Of a stretch of 64,000 bases of DNA, positions 27,779 through 38,869 are shown one piece after another. Positions within the stretch are counted from its first letter, which is position 1, and each line of letters opens with the position of its first letter. The DNA lies in assembly GCF_009914755.1 (NCBI RefSeq), contig NC_060925.1. One strand, given 5' to 3'. Source of the DNA: the human T2T-CHM13v2.0 reference genome, Homo sapiens. The notes under the pieces are model-generated. The model did not search any database. It was not told the DNA's origin and was given only the letters and a program-made list of their open reading frames with translations. The position numbers and the translations under genes were made by a program.

Positions 27779-28066
27779 TAACTGCTAATAAATAGGAAAG
27801 CACATGGTTCTCTGGCCTTCCTCTAGTGATGGGTGGCTAGGCTGTGGTGGACCAACAGGGGGGGCATGTCCCTGAAGATTGTCATTTATATTCCCAGGAT
27901 TGGCTTGGGTGAGTCTAGACATTGAGTAGCATAAATGCAAGAGCTTGGTCAAGGATGGGGCTTGGAATTACAGAATTTCAGACTTAAAGAGAAATCTGAG
28001 ATCCATGCTTGCTGCTAGAATGTCCCCTTCAATCCTCTTAAAGGAAAATAGCATCCTTCGATCCTC

Positions 28067-28195
28067 TGTAAAGGAAAATAAAAAAATCTCAGGACCCCCC
28101 AAACTCTTTATGCAAAAGGGAAGGCTAAGCCTGGAGACTGAGTCATGCAACACCCTCCTCCAAATGAATAGCTATTACTAGCATTATGCATCAGC
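28067..28195 (+). mobile_element. 5' fragment of an ERV1 LTR (MER34/MER39-like)
   Basis: tgtaaaggaaaataaaaaaatctcaggacccccc aaactc...aaagggaaggctaagcctggagactgagtcatgca. Confidence 0.55.
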
Positions 28196-29572
28196 AGGCG
28201 ACTCCCAAGACCCATGCTCCTGGCCAGAATGTTCCTTACAACATGCTCCAATCCTCCAATGAGTGGCCGTCCAACTACTGTTTGAGCATGCACAGTGCCC
28301 GGGCACTCACCACCTCTCAAATGGTGTACCCTACTGTGAGACATCTCTAATGGCGAAAAAACATCAGGCTAATGTTGTATTGAAATCAGCTTCCCTATAA
28401 TTTCTACCCACAGAGCCTAATTCTGCCTCTGAAGCTACACAGCGAGACTCATTTCTCTTCCTCCTGACAGCCCTCCAGTGACTCGAAGCTGCCTCTCAGG
28501 TCCTCCTGCTGAGATGTGACACAGCTTCTGAGCCTTGAGAGAGAGGCTGTCCCCAGGACAGAGACTTCTCAGTTTTTGCTACTTGCTCTGTGGATTCCAG
28601 GCAATACCCTCTGCTGTCTGTTCCATTTTCTATTTCTTAAAAGTGCTTTCTCATTTCATTTCAGTACCTTGGGACCCAATCAAAGTTCCCTACTACATCC
28701 TGCTTCTCTTCCAAGTATCTTGCCTGTTTTCCCTTATGTGCCCCAGGCACACCCCAGGGCCTGCTAGAAAGAGACGTGCTTCTTCCTTCTACGTTAGAGC
28801 CCCACAAAGAGCTCCAGAGTGCCAGTCAGGAGGCTCCTACTCCCCTGACTCATGACAATCAGGAGTACCTTGGCTTAGGAAATGCCCCTCAACGCAGCAG
28901 ACACAGAAGTGCAATCTTGACTGGAATCCTTACACTTACCCCTCGCAATTCAAATCCTCCCCACACATCAAGGTTTAACCTCTGGTCCTCTGCATCTGAG
29001 AAGCCTTACCAACTACGCTAATCTATGCTAACTTCCTCTTCTTTGGCAATCTTAATCTTAACGTGAGAGGTATATGAGGAGAGAGAGGGTGCCGCAGGGC
29101 TTCTGTTCCTGTGAGGAGGAATATTTTATCACAGATAATAAGAGTTGTAAAAATGGTGATAAGAAAAAGCAGACCTCCACTGAGTCACCCTATTGTTTCT
29201 AAATCCTCAGTGCACACTGTACCCCCTTATTGTGTGCACTGGGAGGGATGGGTGCTCCAGTGCACCCACCTGCTTGGCACACCATGGCTTCACAGTGACT
29301 CACAGCTTGCCATGTGGTTTCTGCAACTGTTTCATGTGCCTTAGTTTTCTTCCCCTAGTGAGGGAGAAGTCACTGATGGCTGGAATGAGTCTTACAGTTT
29401 TTACCCGCTCCTTCTGAGCCTGGCCCAATCCTGGGTTCGCAATCGCCACTTAACAGAGAATTGCCTGATTTCATGAGTTAATAATTAGAGTGATCCTCCT
29501 TTCCCAGCAATTCCACAGCAGTGCTCTTCCCTTGAAGTCATCCCTCCTGATCCGCTTTGAGGAGAGGGATTG

Positions 29573-29574
<2 letters not shown>

Positions 29575-29606
<32 letters not shown>
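29575..29606. repeat. (GT)n microsatellite
   Basis: About 15-16 GT units. Confidence 0.95.
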
Positions 29607-29611
<5 letters not shown>

Positions 29612-30254
29612 GATAGTGAAGGAAGAGGGGTCATGTGCGTGAGTCGCACCTGCACACCCACTGCTCCTGACTGTAGGAGGAGACAGAAATGGGCTGTTAT
29701 CTGGCAGGCTGGGTCTGCGCCTACCCAGAATTCCACAATCTAATAAGGGCAGGAATTTGATTTTGTTCCTCTTCTCTCATCCTTTCCCCTTCTTACCCCA
29801 ACCTTCCTTTCCTAATTACTTTGATGGGATTTCAAAGACCAGAGCATCCCTTGCCTGACCTCAGCAGTCCCTTTGATTTCATTTTGATTTTGCTTTGATG
29901 GGGCTTTTAACCTGTTGTAATTATTTTCCCAAAATGCCTGCAGTCCCCAGTGCTCACAAGCTAATTATCTGCAGAGCATGTATGGAGTGATCTGTCAGCT
30001 GCTGATGGATCTGGGACTCTGCAGGCCCTTGTCTATTGGTTAGGTACTAGGGGCTCTGGCTGAACAGCTTTGCATCACTCTTTCAGGGTTTTGGCCTATG
30101 GGAGGTTTGGTAAGGGCCTCATTCCTTACTAAGGCTGGTTGTCTATGAGCAACACCCAATAATCAAGAGTAAGCTCTTCTTGGATATTCATTCCAACCAC
30201 ATGGTGGTTAGTCTGCTTCCTGGGAATGAGGCCATGATGGGAAATAATTTAATT

Positions 30255-30600
30255 CATGTATTTACTCAATTCATTCCTTCATCTATTCAACATCTTTTGA
30301 CCGCCTACTATGTGCTAGGCATTAGGCCAGATGCTATGTGTCTGACATAAAAATGAATGACAAACAGCCTCTGTCCTCAGGAAACTTGGTCTGGTTGAGG
30401 AAATGACAAGCACACAAGAAAATTATATATATTATAAGGGAGGCATAGATAAAATGCTACAGGAGTTCATAGATAAGAGGGGAAATTTACTTTTCAATAG
30501 GGGAGCAGGAAAGTCTTCTTGAGACAGGACATGTTTAAGCTGGGCCTGAAGAATGGGTTTAATCTGGACACAGGGAGGCAGGGGCAGAAGAAGCCCTTTG
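30255..30600 (-). mobile_element. L2 3' end
   Basis: tcattcc...ttcaacatctttt...cctactatgtgctaggcattaggccag... Confidence 0.75.
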
Positions 30601-31637
30601 CATACACGAGTCTGAGGACTCTCCTGAAGGCCAATCAGTGGATCTGGCTTCTTCAAGCCCAGCTGCAGGGTCTCTCCAGAAAACTTTGCTAACTTCCTGT
30701 CTGCCACCCAAGTCCTCACTCCCTCCCTACTGGAGCAATGCTCTTCCAAAAGCTGATGCTCAAGGTGAAGGTCATGGCGTGTCATAGGCCCGTGGTTCCA
30801 CACTCTTCTCTTTTCTAGCCCAGCTCACAAAAACTGAGGAAATGCCTTATTTCCAAATCCCACCCGCTTACTTCCCACCATGCCCTCCACAGGGACTGGA
30901 TGGGTTGCTCTGACATTTCAGCGATGTTGCCACCACAGACTGAGGGCCTGCAGCACACCCACCCATGCCCCGCCCCTGCTCCTGGGCCCGGCCCTGACCA
31001 GTGCTACTTCTCAGCTTTGTTCCTTTGCTTAGTCTCTCACTCCTTTTGAGAGCTGACTCCTTACATCCTTCAACACTCAGCTCCAGTGCTGCTCTGCTTA
31101 GGGATTCTTCGCCCTCAACCCAGGCTGGCTTACGTGGCCCTCTTAGGGTTCCCATAGACGCCATCATTGCCCAGAGCTGCAACATGTTCAGATGATCGGC
31201 TTGTGCTGGTCCCTCTGTACTGTCAGGTCTCTGAGGCAAGGAACTCTGTATGTTTGCATTCCTGGTGGATACACAGTAAGTGCTTAATCGGTGTACGTTG
31301 GATGAAGAAATGCAGGTAGGACCCTCTAAAGCAGGTGCCTCTATAATATATGCACAACATTCTGGGATTAGGGATTGAAGAGAAGGACTTTGCAAATTTT
31401 TCTTCAAGTTTTCATGATATTCAACAGATGTCTCTGCTCCGGCCATATTCTGGCCGGTCAGAGGGCCCTGGGAACAAGCTCAAAAGTGAGAAAGGCTTCC
31501 TGGATGTGATGAGAGGCAATGGTGAATAGTGGCCTATAGGCCTGGGGGCTGGGAGACCTGCATTCTCATCGAACTCATCCTTTACCCAGATGTGTGGACC
31601 TGGGTCTCAAGAGACTTCAGGAGGGGATAAACTAGTT

Positions 31638-32030
31638 CAGCGGTTCTCAAAGTGCAGTCTCCATATCTCAAAGTGCTGTCTCCAGATCAGCAGCATCAGC
31701 ACTGACTCAGAACTTGTTGGAAATGCAAATTCTCAGACCCCACCCTAGACCTTCTGGATCCGAAACTCTACAGGTGGGGCCTGGCAATCTGTGTTTTAAC
31801 AAGTTGTCTAGGTAACGCTGATACACACACACATTAAAGTCTGAAAACCATGGGACTAGCCCAGTGCTCCTGAAACTGTAATGTGTATAAGAATTATTCA
31901 GGGAACCTATTTAAATGAAGATCCTTGGACCCTACCCCAGAAATTCTAGTTTGGAAAGTCAGACGAAAGCCCAGGAATCTGCACCTTGAACAGATTTGCC
32001 CTGGGAGATTCAGAAGCAGGTCTACAGATG
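31638..32030. mobile_element. Two adjacent MER5-type hAT-Charlie elements (about 31638-31850 and 31861-32030)
   Basis: cagcggttctcaaagtg...cagcagcatcagc...aacttgttggaaatgcaaattctcag...; the second begins cagtgctcctgaaactg...cccaggaatctgca. Confidence 0.75.
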
Positions 32031-34365
32031 GTATTTTCATCACTGATGTAGGAGATGACCTCTGGGTCACTATGACCCCTGTCACAGTGATGGTCTCTGG
32101 TACTGATTGGCCAGGAGCTGTGGGTACAATGAGCAGCAGAAAGGCAGGCCTGGGGGCGGATGCTCAACCTGCCTTCCAATTGCTTGGGAGAGGCCCTCGG
32201 TCATAACAATGGGGACTACGTGCCATGAGACAGGACTACCTGAAATGAGGCAGTCTTTCCCAAAAATAGCAGAGTGGTACCAAAGGGAAGGGTGTAGGAC
32301 TTCCGCCCCTTTAAACACCCTTGTAATTTACATTTAAAAATAGAAAAAGCTCATGAATAATTTGTGAGTCATGAGCAAGCCCCTTCAAAATACAGTCATG
32401 AATAAAATATCCCGCTTTACCTCCTCTAATGGCACTGGCCTTTGATGTTTTATTGATGGATTCCTTGCCCTGAGTGCTAGAAGGCTCCTGGATTTATTCA
32501 AGGCACTGGGGCCCTCCCACCTGGAAGGTCCGTGGGCTTGCCCTTTCTGGCTTTCTGGCTTGCTTACACATAAATACACCACCTTGTTTCAGGCAATTCA
32601 AAGGAGTGGCCTCAGATTCCTTTGGAACCGAAAGCATAATTACAGGGATGTGGGAACCCCCGACCTGGGCCCACTGAGAGGGTGGGAACCAAGTCACCAG
32701 AAGCCTTTGTTTAAAGCCAGGTGAGTTTTTAGAGCAGCTGCAAGTGTATCTCCCGTTTTATTGCTTCTTGAGAGGCTAGGAATGGAAAGCAGATATTAAA
32801 AAGCTGTAAATAACAATCTCCTATAGGCAGAGCAATGCCCCAGAGACACAGGCCCCATCTAAACAGAGGCTTCTGCCTGCCCTGAGAGGCTTTTGTGTGA
32901 AACAAAGGCAGAAACCCCGAGAAAGAGCTATTAAAGACAGTCCCTAATGAAGGAGGGTGTAGAGGGAGGTGTGGCTCTGTATCCACCTAGGGAGTCTGTA
33001 GAGCCAGGCTGCTGCCAGAGCCCGTTTATAGGCAAAGCCCGAAGGCTAGAGTAAATGTGGTCTGCACAGGTGTAGGAAAGAGTGTGGGAGAGGAGGAGGG
33101 GACAATCTCATGCCTTTCTTTATTAAAAACACATAAAATAAACCTTATAAAATGAAAAAGTTCCCTGGATAAAAAAGGATAGTGAGAATGAAAGACTCAA
33201 AGGCACTGGATGTAGGTGTCTTGACTGAGATGTTACCCTACCTTTCCAGAAGATGACCTCGATGCACTGGGAATTCATCTGAGGCAACAGGGAGCTGAGG
33301 TGCCTTGGGTCTGTCCTGGGACTCTGAGTGATTATTGGAGGGTTGAATAGTTTTGGAGTGGGCATCCTACAAATGCCTGTAATGTAGGATCTTGGGTCAT
33401 GTCTTGAGTTTGTTAAGAAAGGAAGCTATAAGAATCAAGGAAGTGGGGAGTGGGGAGAGAGAAAAGAGAGAGAGAGAAAAAGCAAGTGCACAAAGCCACC
33501 ATTCTGGGAACCCTACAATGGGAGTTGTAACAGATGGAGACAGCCCTTCAGAAGCCTGGCCATGTCAGTGTTGATAACTCTGGTCATCACTGTGGTTCTG
33601 AAGGGGACAACACCAAATCTAGTGGTGATGAGAAGAGCCAAGGGATCCCAAGTGCATGGCAGAAGCCACTAAAGGCAATCAGGCTGGGGCATGAGATCGC
33701 CTGGACCTCCAGAGGACTGTGGTGGTCAAAAGGAGACTGTGTTGGTCAAAAGCTCCCTTGGACCTGCTGAGAAGAGAGGAGGTTTGGAGGTTTTGCATTA
33801 CTGGGATTCACCTGGTGGGACCTAGAGCCAGTGCTTTTTCTGCTACCATTTATGTGGCAGGGGGAGGGTTAGCCACAGCCCTCGGTTGTTTATGGGAAGG
33901 CTTGTCTAGCCTGGTGAATTGAGGGTCAGGCAGGGTATACAGTCCCTGGACACATACAGGCATCTTCACTCTTTCAGGTTAAACTTTTTGCCCGCTGGGC
34001 ATTCAGGGATAAGCAGGGGGCACTCTCCATTTAACACCTTAATCCCAATGCCCTGAGGCCACCATCAAGTCAAATGCCCCTGTAATCTGCAGGTTTGTAG
34101 GCACTGTTCCTGGGCCAGGCTTCCTTAATGGGTGTCAGTTCAAGGTAAGGAGAAGAGGCCCTTAGCACCAGAAGGCGTTGAATAGTCGTTGCACTGCTCC
34201 ATAGTTTGATCCAGGGTCTTTCAAAGGTCCCTGGAAGGGAAAAGGGGTTCTGGAGAGAGAGGAGGACTGTTTTACACCTGTTTCTCACTTTAGCATCTGA
34301 ATTCTGTCAACACACCTGGAATCTTTGCTCCTTCTAGGATTCTTTAAAAGTCATCAGGGCCCTCA

Positions 34366-34472
34366 GTCTACAGCCATACCTCCCTGAATGCTCCTGATCT
34401 CAGAAGCTAAGCAGTCAGGTGTGGTTAGTACACAGATGGGAGACCACCTGGGAATACCTGGTGTTTTAGGCT
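34366..34472 (+). pseudogene. RNA5SP64: 5S rRNA retropseudogene
   Basis: gtctacagccatacctccctgaatg...gaagctaagcag...tggttagtac...gatgggagaccacctgggaatacc...taggct aligns to human 5S rRNA with many CpG transitions and a ~10-nt deletion between the two GATCTC repeats. A7 tail; imperfect TSD aaaagtcatcag (34346-34357) / agaagtcattag (34480-34491) at a TTT/AAAA L1 endonuclease site. Symbol number is from memory and unverified. Confidence 0.93.
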
Positions 34473-34591
34473 GAAAAAAAGAAGTCATTAGAATCTAGGT
34501 GGTCAAAGAAAGACAAACTGTGAGTATTAGAACAAGCCTAGCTTAAGGTAAAACTGTAAAGGTGTCCAAGATTTTTTTACTCCTCTGTTCT

Positions 34592-34899
34592 TCTTTTTTC
34601 TTTTTTTGAGACAAAGTCTCGCTTTGTCACCCAGGCTACAGTGTAGTGGCATGATTTTGGCTTACTGCAGCCTTGACCTCCTGGGCTCAAGCCATCCCCC
34701 CACCTCAGCCCCTCAAGTAGCTGAGACTATAGGCATGCACCACCATGCCTGGCTAATTTTTTTTTTTTTTTGTATTTTGTGTAGAGATGGTGTTTTGCCA
34801 TGCTGCCCAGCCTTGTCTCAAACTCCTGAGCTCAAGTGATCCACCCACCTTGGCCTCCCAAAGTGCTAGGATTACAGGCATGAGCCACTGTGCCCAGAC
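34592..34899 (-). mobile_element. AluJ element
   Basis: cactgcagccttgacctcctgggctcaag and ctcctgagctcaagtgat-type AluJ diagnostics (the first site reads tactgcagcc here). Confidence 0.9.
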
Positions 34900-35526
34900 C
34901 CCTCCATTCTTCTTTAGAACTTGCTTTGCCCACTTTCCTGGCCATCAGAGCTTCTGGGTACCCCAGTTCCTGAAGCTGCCCACAGGTCTGCAAACCTCAC
35001 ATGCAGTGCCCAGACCTCTCATCAACCCTCCTTTTCCATCAAAACTGATATGTCCCTTTGCCTCCTGACCTTTATCTCTGTTAGAGAGAATCCAGTAAAT
35101 AGTTCTAGTGAACAAGTTATAGATTGAGTCACACCTACAGCCCCTGCTTATTGCCTGTGCTTTGTGCTCTGAGACACCAGCTCCCTGACTTCTCTGGTGG
35201 TGAGGGGGTTTACCTGATCTAAGGGCAGCCACTATTGGCTAGCCTACCATCACCGACATGCATCAGCCAATCAGACAGGCTTCTCCCAGCAAATCAAAAG
35301 GGAAATACAGAGAGCAGGTGGCAATCAGGAGTGGGAGCTGAAGCAGAAAGGGCATGAGGGAACCAAAGGAGAGGGACCAGAGAGGCCACGTAGTCAATGG
35401 GCAGATTGAAACTAAAGGAGCAGACACACTCAGCAGGAGAGAGAACAGAGTACACCCTTGAAGAGAGAGGCCATGAAAGAGAAATATTAAGTAGCCCATG
35501 AAAGAGGTAAAGTAGGCAGTTCCCAG

Positions 35527-36840
35527 AGCTTCTGCAGAGCAAAAGAAATAATCAACCGGGTGAACAGACAACCTACAGAATGGGAGGAAATATTTGCAAA
35601 TGATGCATTTGACATGGGACTAATACCCGTAATCTACAAGGAATTCCAACAACTCAACAAGAAAAAGCAAATAATCCCATTAAAAAGTGGGCAAAGGACA
35701 CGAACGGTCATTTTTCAAATGAAAACATACAAATGGCTAGCAAGCATAAGAAAAAATGCTCAATATCAGTAATCATCAGAGAAATGCAAATTAAAACCAT
35801 AATGTTACCATCTCACACCAGTCAGAATGGCCATCATGAAAAAGTAAAAAAAAAAACAAAACAAAAACAGATAATGGCAAAGATGTGGAGAAAAAGAAAC
35901 TCATACACTGTTGATGGGAATGTAAATTAATATAACCTCTATGGAAAACAGTATGGAGATTTCTCAAAGAACTAAAAATAGAACTAACATTTGATCCAGT
36001 AATCCCACTATGGAGTATTTATCCAAAGGAAAATAACTCATTATATCAAAAAGATACCTGCACTCATATGTTTATTGCAGCACTGTTCACAATGGTAAAG
36101 ACATGGAATCAACCTAAGTGTCTGTCAATGAATGACTGAATAAAGAGAGTGTGATTATACATACCATGGAATACTACTTGGCCACAAAAAAGAATGAAAT
36201 CACGTCTTTTGCAGCAACATGGATAGAATTGGAGGCTACTATCTTTTATCTTTTTTTGGGGGTGGGGATGGAGTCTCACTCTGTCACCCAGCCTGGTGCA
36301 GTGGTGCGATCTCAGTTCACTGCAACCTCTGCCTCCCAAGTTTAAGCAGTTCTCCTGCCTCAGCCTCCTGAGTAGCTGTGATTACAGGCGCGAACCACCA
36401 TGCCTGGCTAATTTTTGTATTTTTAGTAGAGACAGGGTTTCACCATGTTAGTCAGGCTGGTCTTGAACTCCTGACCTTGTGATCTGCCTGCCTCGGCCTC
36501 CCAAAGTGCTGCAATTATAGGCGTGAGCCATGGCACCCAGCTTGGAGGCTATTATCTTAATTGAAATAACTCAGAAAGTCAAATACCATATGTTCTCACT
36601 TGTAAGTGGAAGCTAAATAATGCAGACACATGGAAATAGAGTGTAGAATAATAGACATCAAAATCTCAGAAAGGTAGTTGGGTGGGAGTGGGGTGAGGGA
36701 TGAGAAATTACCTAATGAGAATAATGTATAATATTTGGGTAATTGCTACACTAAAAGTCCAGATGTCACCACTCTATAATATATCCATGTAACAAAACTG
36801 CACTTGTACCCCCTAAGTCTATAAAATAATTTAAAAAAAT
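35527..36840 (+). mobile_element. 5'-truncated L1MA (about L1MA2) ORF2 3' end and 3'UTR, interrupted by an Alu
   Basis: ORFs NRQPTEWEEIFAN... and [25 protein letters not shown] are ORF2p; L1MA-type 3'UTR; probable TSD taaagtaggcag (35508-35519) / taaacgtaggcag (36840-36852). Confidence 0.9.
36246..36541 (-). mobile_element. AluS (AluSg-like) nested in L1MA
   Basis: 17-bp TSD ttggaggcta(c/t)tatctt at 36229-36245 and 36542-36558. Confidence 0.93.
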
Positions 36841-37079
36841 AAACGTAGGCAGCCCCCATGGCTAACTTGGTCCCTGAGATGTTTCTAGTTCTAATTTTGG
36901 TTCCCATTCATATGGCTCCTTATTGTAAACTCTTCCTTATTTGAGGCTACTTGAGCAAATCTCTGCTGTAACTGAGGGAGGGAGGTCTCAACAAAATAGT
37001 GGCATAGTGTGGATAAGAGCTCCAGTCTGTCCTTTGTCCTCTGCTCACAGCTGGAACACCCTGAGGAAATGCTTATCCT

Positions 37080-37450
37080 CTTTCTCATCCATTCAACTAT
37101 CACTTTTTGAGTACCCACCTTCAGGCATTGCTCTAGGTGCTTGGAATACTGAGTGAAAAAAACAGAGAAAGACTTTCTTACAGAACTTCCCTGCTACTGG
37201 GATGGGGATGGAGATGGAGATACAGGACAATAACAATAAACAAATTATCTGTAAGTTAGAGATGATGGGGGCCATGGGGGAAAGTGGAGCAACGTGCTGA
37301 GGATGAAGAGTGGTGATGATACTTTTAGTGAGACTGGTCAGGGCCAGTCCCATTGAGAAGGTAACATTTGACCAAAGACTTGAAGGGGAGGAAGTGAGCC
37401 ATGCTGGGATTTGGGCTGTCCAATCAGAAGGAACAGTAGGGGCAATAGGA
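37080..37450 (-). mobile_element. L2 3' end
   Basis: catccattcaac...ttgagtaccc...caggcattgctctaggtgcttgg...gagaaggtaacatttgaccaaagacttgaagg. Confidence 0.75.
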
Positions 37451-38127
37451 GAAATGATTGTTATGTCTTCCTTTCTGTAGGAGGGGATAAAGATAGCATA
37501 TGCCATGAAGACTGAATGAGGTCACCTATCAAAACCTTCTGCTTAGAGCTGGGTGAATGTTAACAACAATTAGATTAAAAGCCAGTTAACATTAGTGTCC
37601 TTGTTTCCAACATAACATTTAGATTTGATGCCTTAACCCAAAGGCGTGAGCAGGGGGAGAATTCTGGGCCTTCTGGTGAGGCAGGAGTGAGATGCTTTGG
37701 TGCCTTGAAGCCTTTCAGGCCTGTGTCTACTCTGCCTCCACACAGGCCAGAGAGACGCTTTCCAATAGAAGTGGGGCTGAGGGCTATGGGGAGCTTTTCA
37801 AAATGCATGGGCCTGGTTCCTCTCCTCCTGTGTCGGTGGGAAATTTAAGTGAGGGGTCCCAGCTTTGAGTATTTTGAAATACTCCTCTTCCTCCTCCTCC
37901 CCCTCCATGATTCTGATACATTCCCATGTCCTTCTCCAATCCCTGCTCACTCTGAGTGAGAAGTCCTGGGCTAGAGTCCCCAGGCAAGGTCTCCTAGAGA
38001 GAGTTCAACCCTGGCTCCAGTTACAGTGCAGAAAGACGACATCACACCCAAAGCCATTACACCCAAAGTCATATTCCTGTGCTCGTAGACCTAATGACAC
38101 ACTCATGGTTTCATCTTAGGAGCCCCA

Positions 38128-38250
38128 TGACTTATAGAGGAAATGCAGGCTCCATGAACCTTGTCTGCCCCATTCCCTTCAGAAACCCCTGAAGAAAGAA
38201 GAGAATGGGGCAGACAAGGTTCATGGAGCCTGCATTCCCTGTATAAGTCA
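38128..38250. repeat. Inverted repeat with 53-bp arms (3 mismatches) and a 17-bp spacer
   Basis: 38128-38180 versus the reverse complement of 38198-38250; perfect 34-bp core aatgcaggctccatgaaccttgtctgccccattc. Confidence 0.95.
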
Positions 38251-38815
38251 AGGCAGCAAAGGGTCAGGATAAAGTGGATTCTGTCCTGTTGGGGGTGAGC
38301 AACACCAGTGCTAGACCTTTGCCATCTGCCATAAAATTGTCACAAAATATACAAATCAATAATAATTATAATGTAAATGGCACCCTTAGAGTTGTGTGGT
38401 ATACGGACTGCAGAACCAGGCATGCAGCTTGAGTGGAGGTGGGAAAGGGGCTGTCTTTCTATGGCATCAGGCTGTCCTTCCAGGGGGAAGTACATTCTAA
38501 CAGGATCAAAGCCTCAAGCAAAAGGAAATCCTGGCATTTCCCACTGAGAGTAGTTTCTTGGGGGATATTTGTGCTGGAAGTAGCATTTTCTGGGGCTCCT
38601 AAGATGAGACCATGAGTGTATCATTAGGTCCATGAACACAGGAATATGGCCTTGGGTATGCAGGGCTTCACTATGACTCCAACTCATTCATTCTGCCCCT
38701 ACCTATCCTACCTATACTTGGGCAAATGGTTCATTCCAGTCTCTAGGCCTTAGTGCAGGGCCAATATTCTGGTGTAAGAGTGTTGGTTTGACAGTTTTGA
38801 AAGTTGATGCAGAAC

Positions 38816-38866
<51 letters not shown>
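38816..38866. repeat. Compound (GT)n(GA)n microsatellite
   Basis: Direct reading. Confidence 0.95.

Positions 38867-38869
<3 letters not shown>

Noticed and set aside
30868-31446. 192-aa minus-strand ORF, the longest in the window
   Set aside because: Overlaps L2-like decayed sequence (about 31020-31300); no recognisable domain or exon structure; most likely chance.
34008-34025. Partial CTCF-like motif (agcagggggcac); similar ones near 27850 and 44117
   Set aside because: Each lacks key consensus positions; not supportable without ChIP data.
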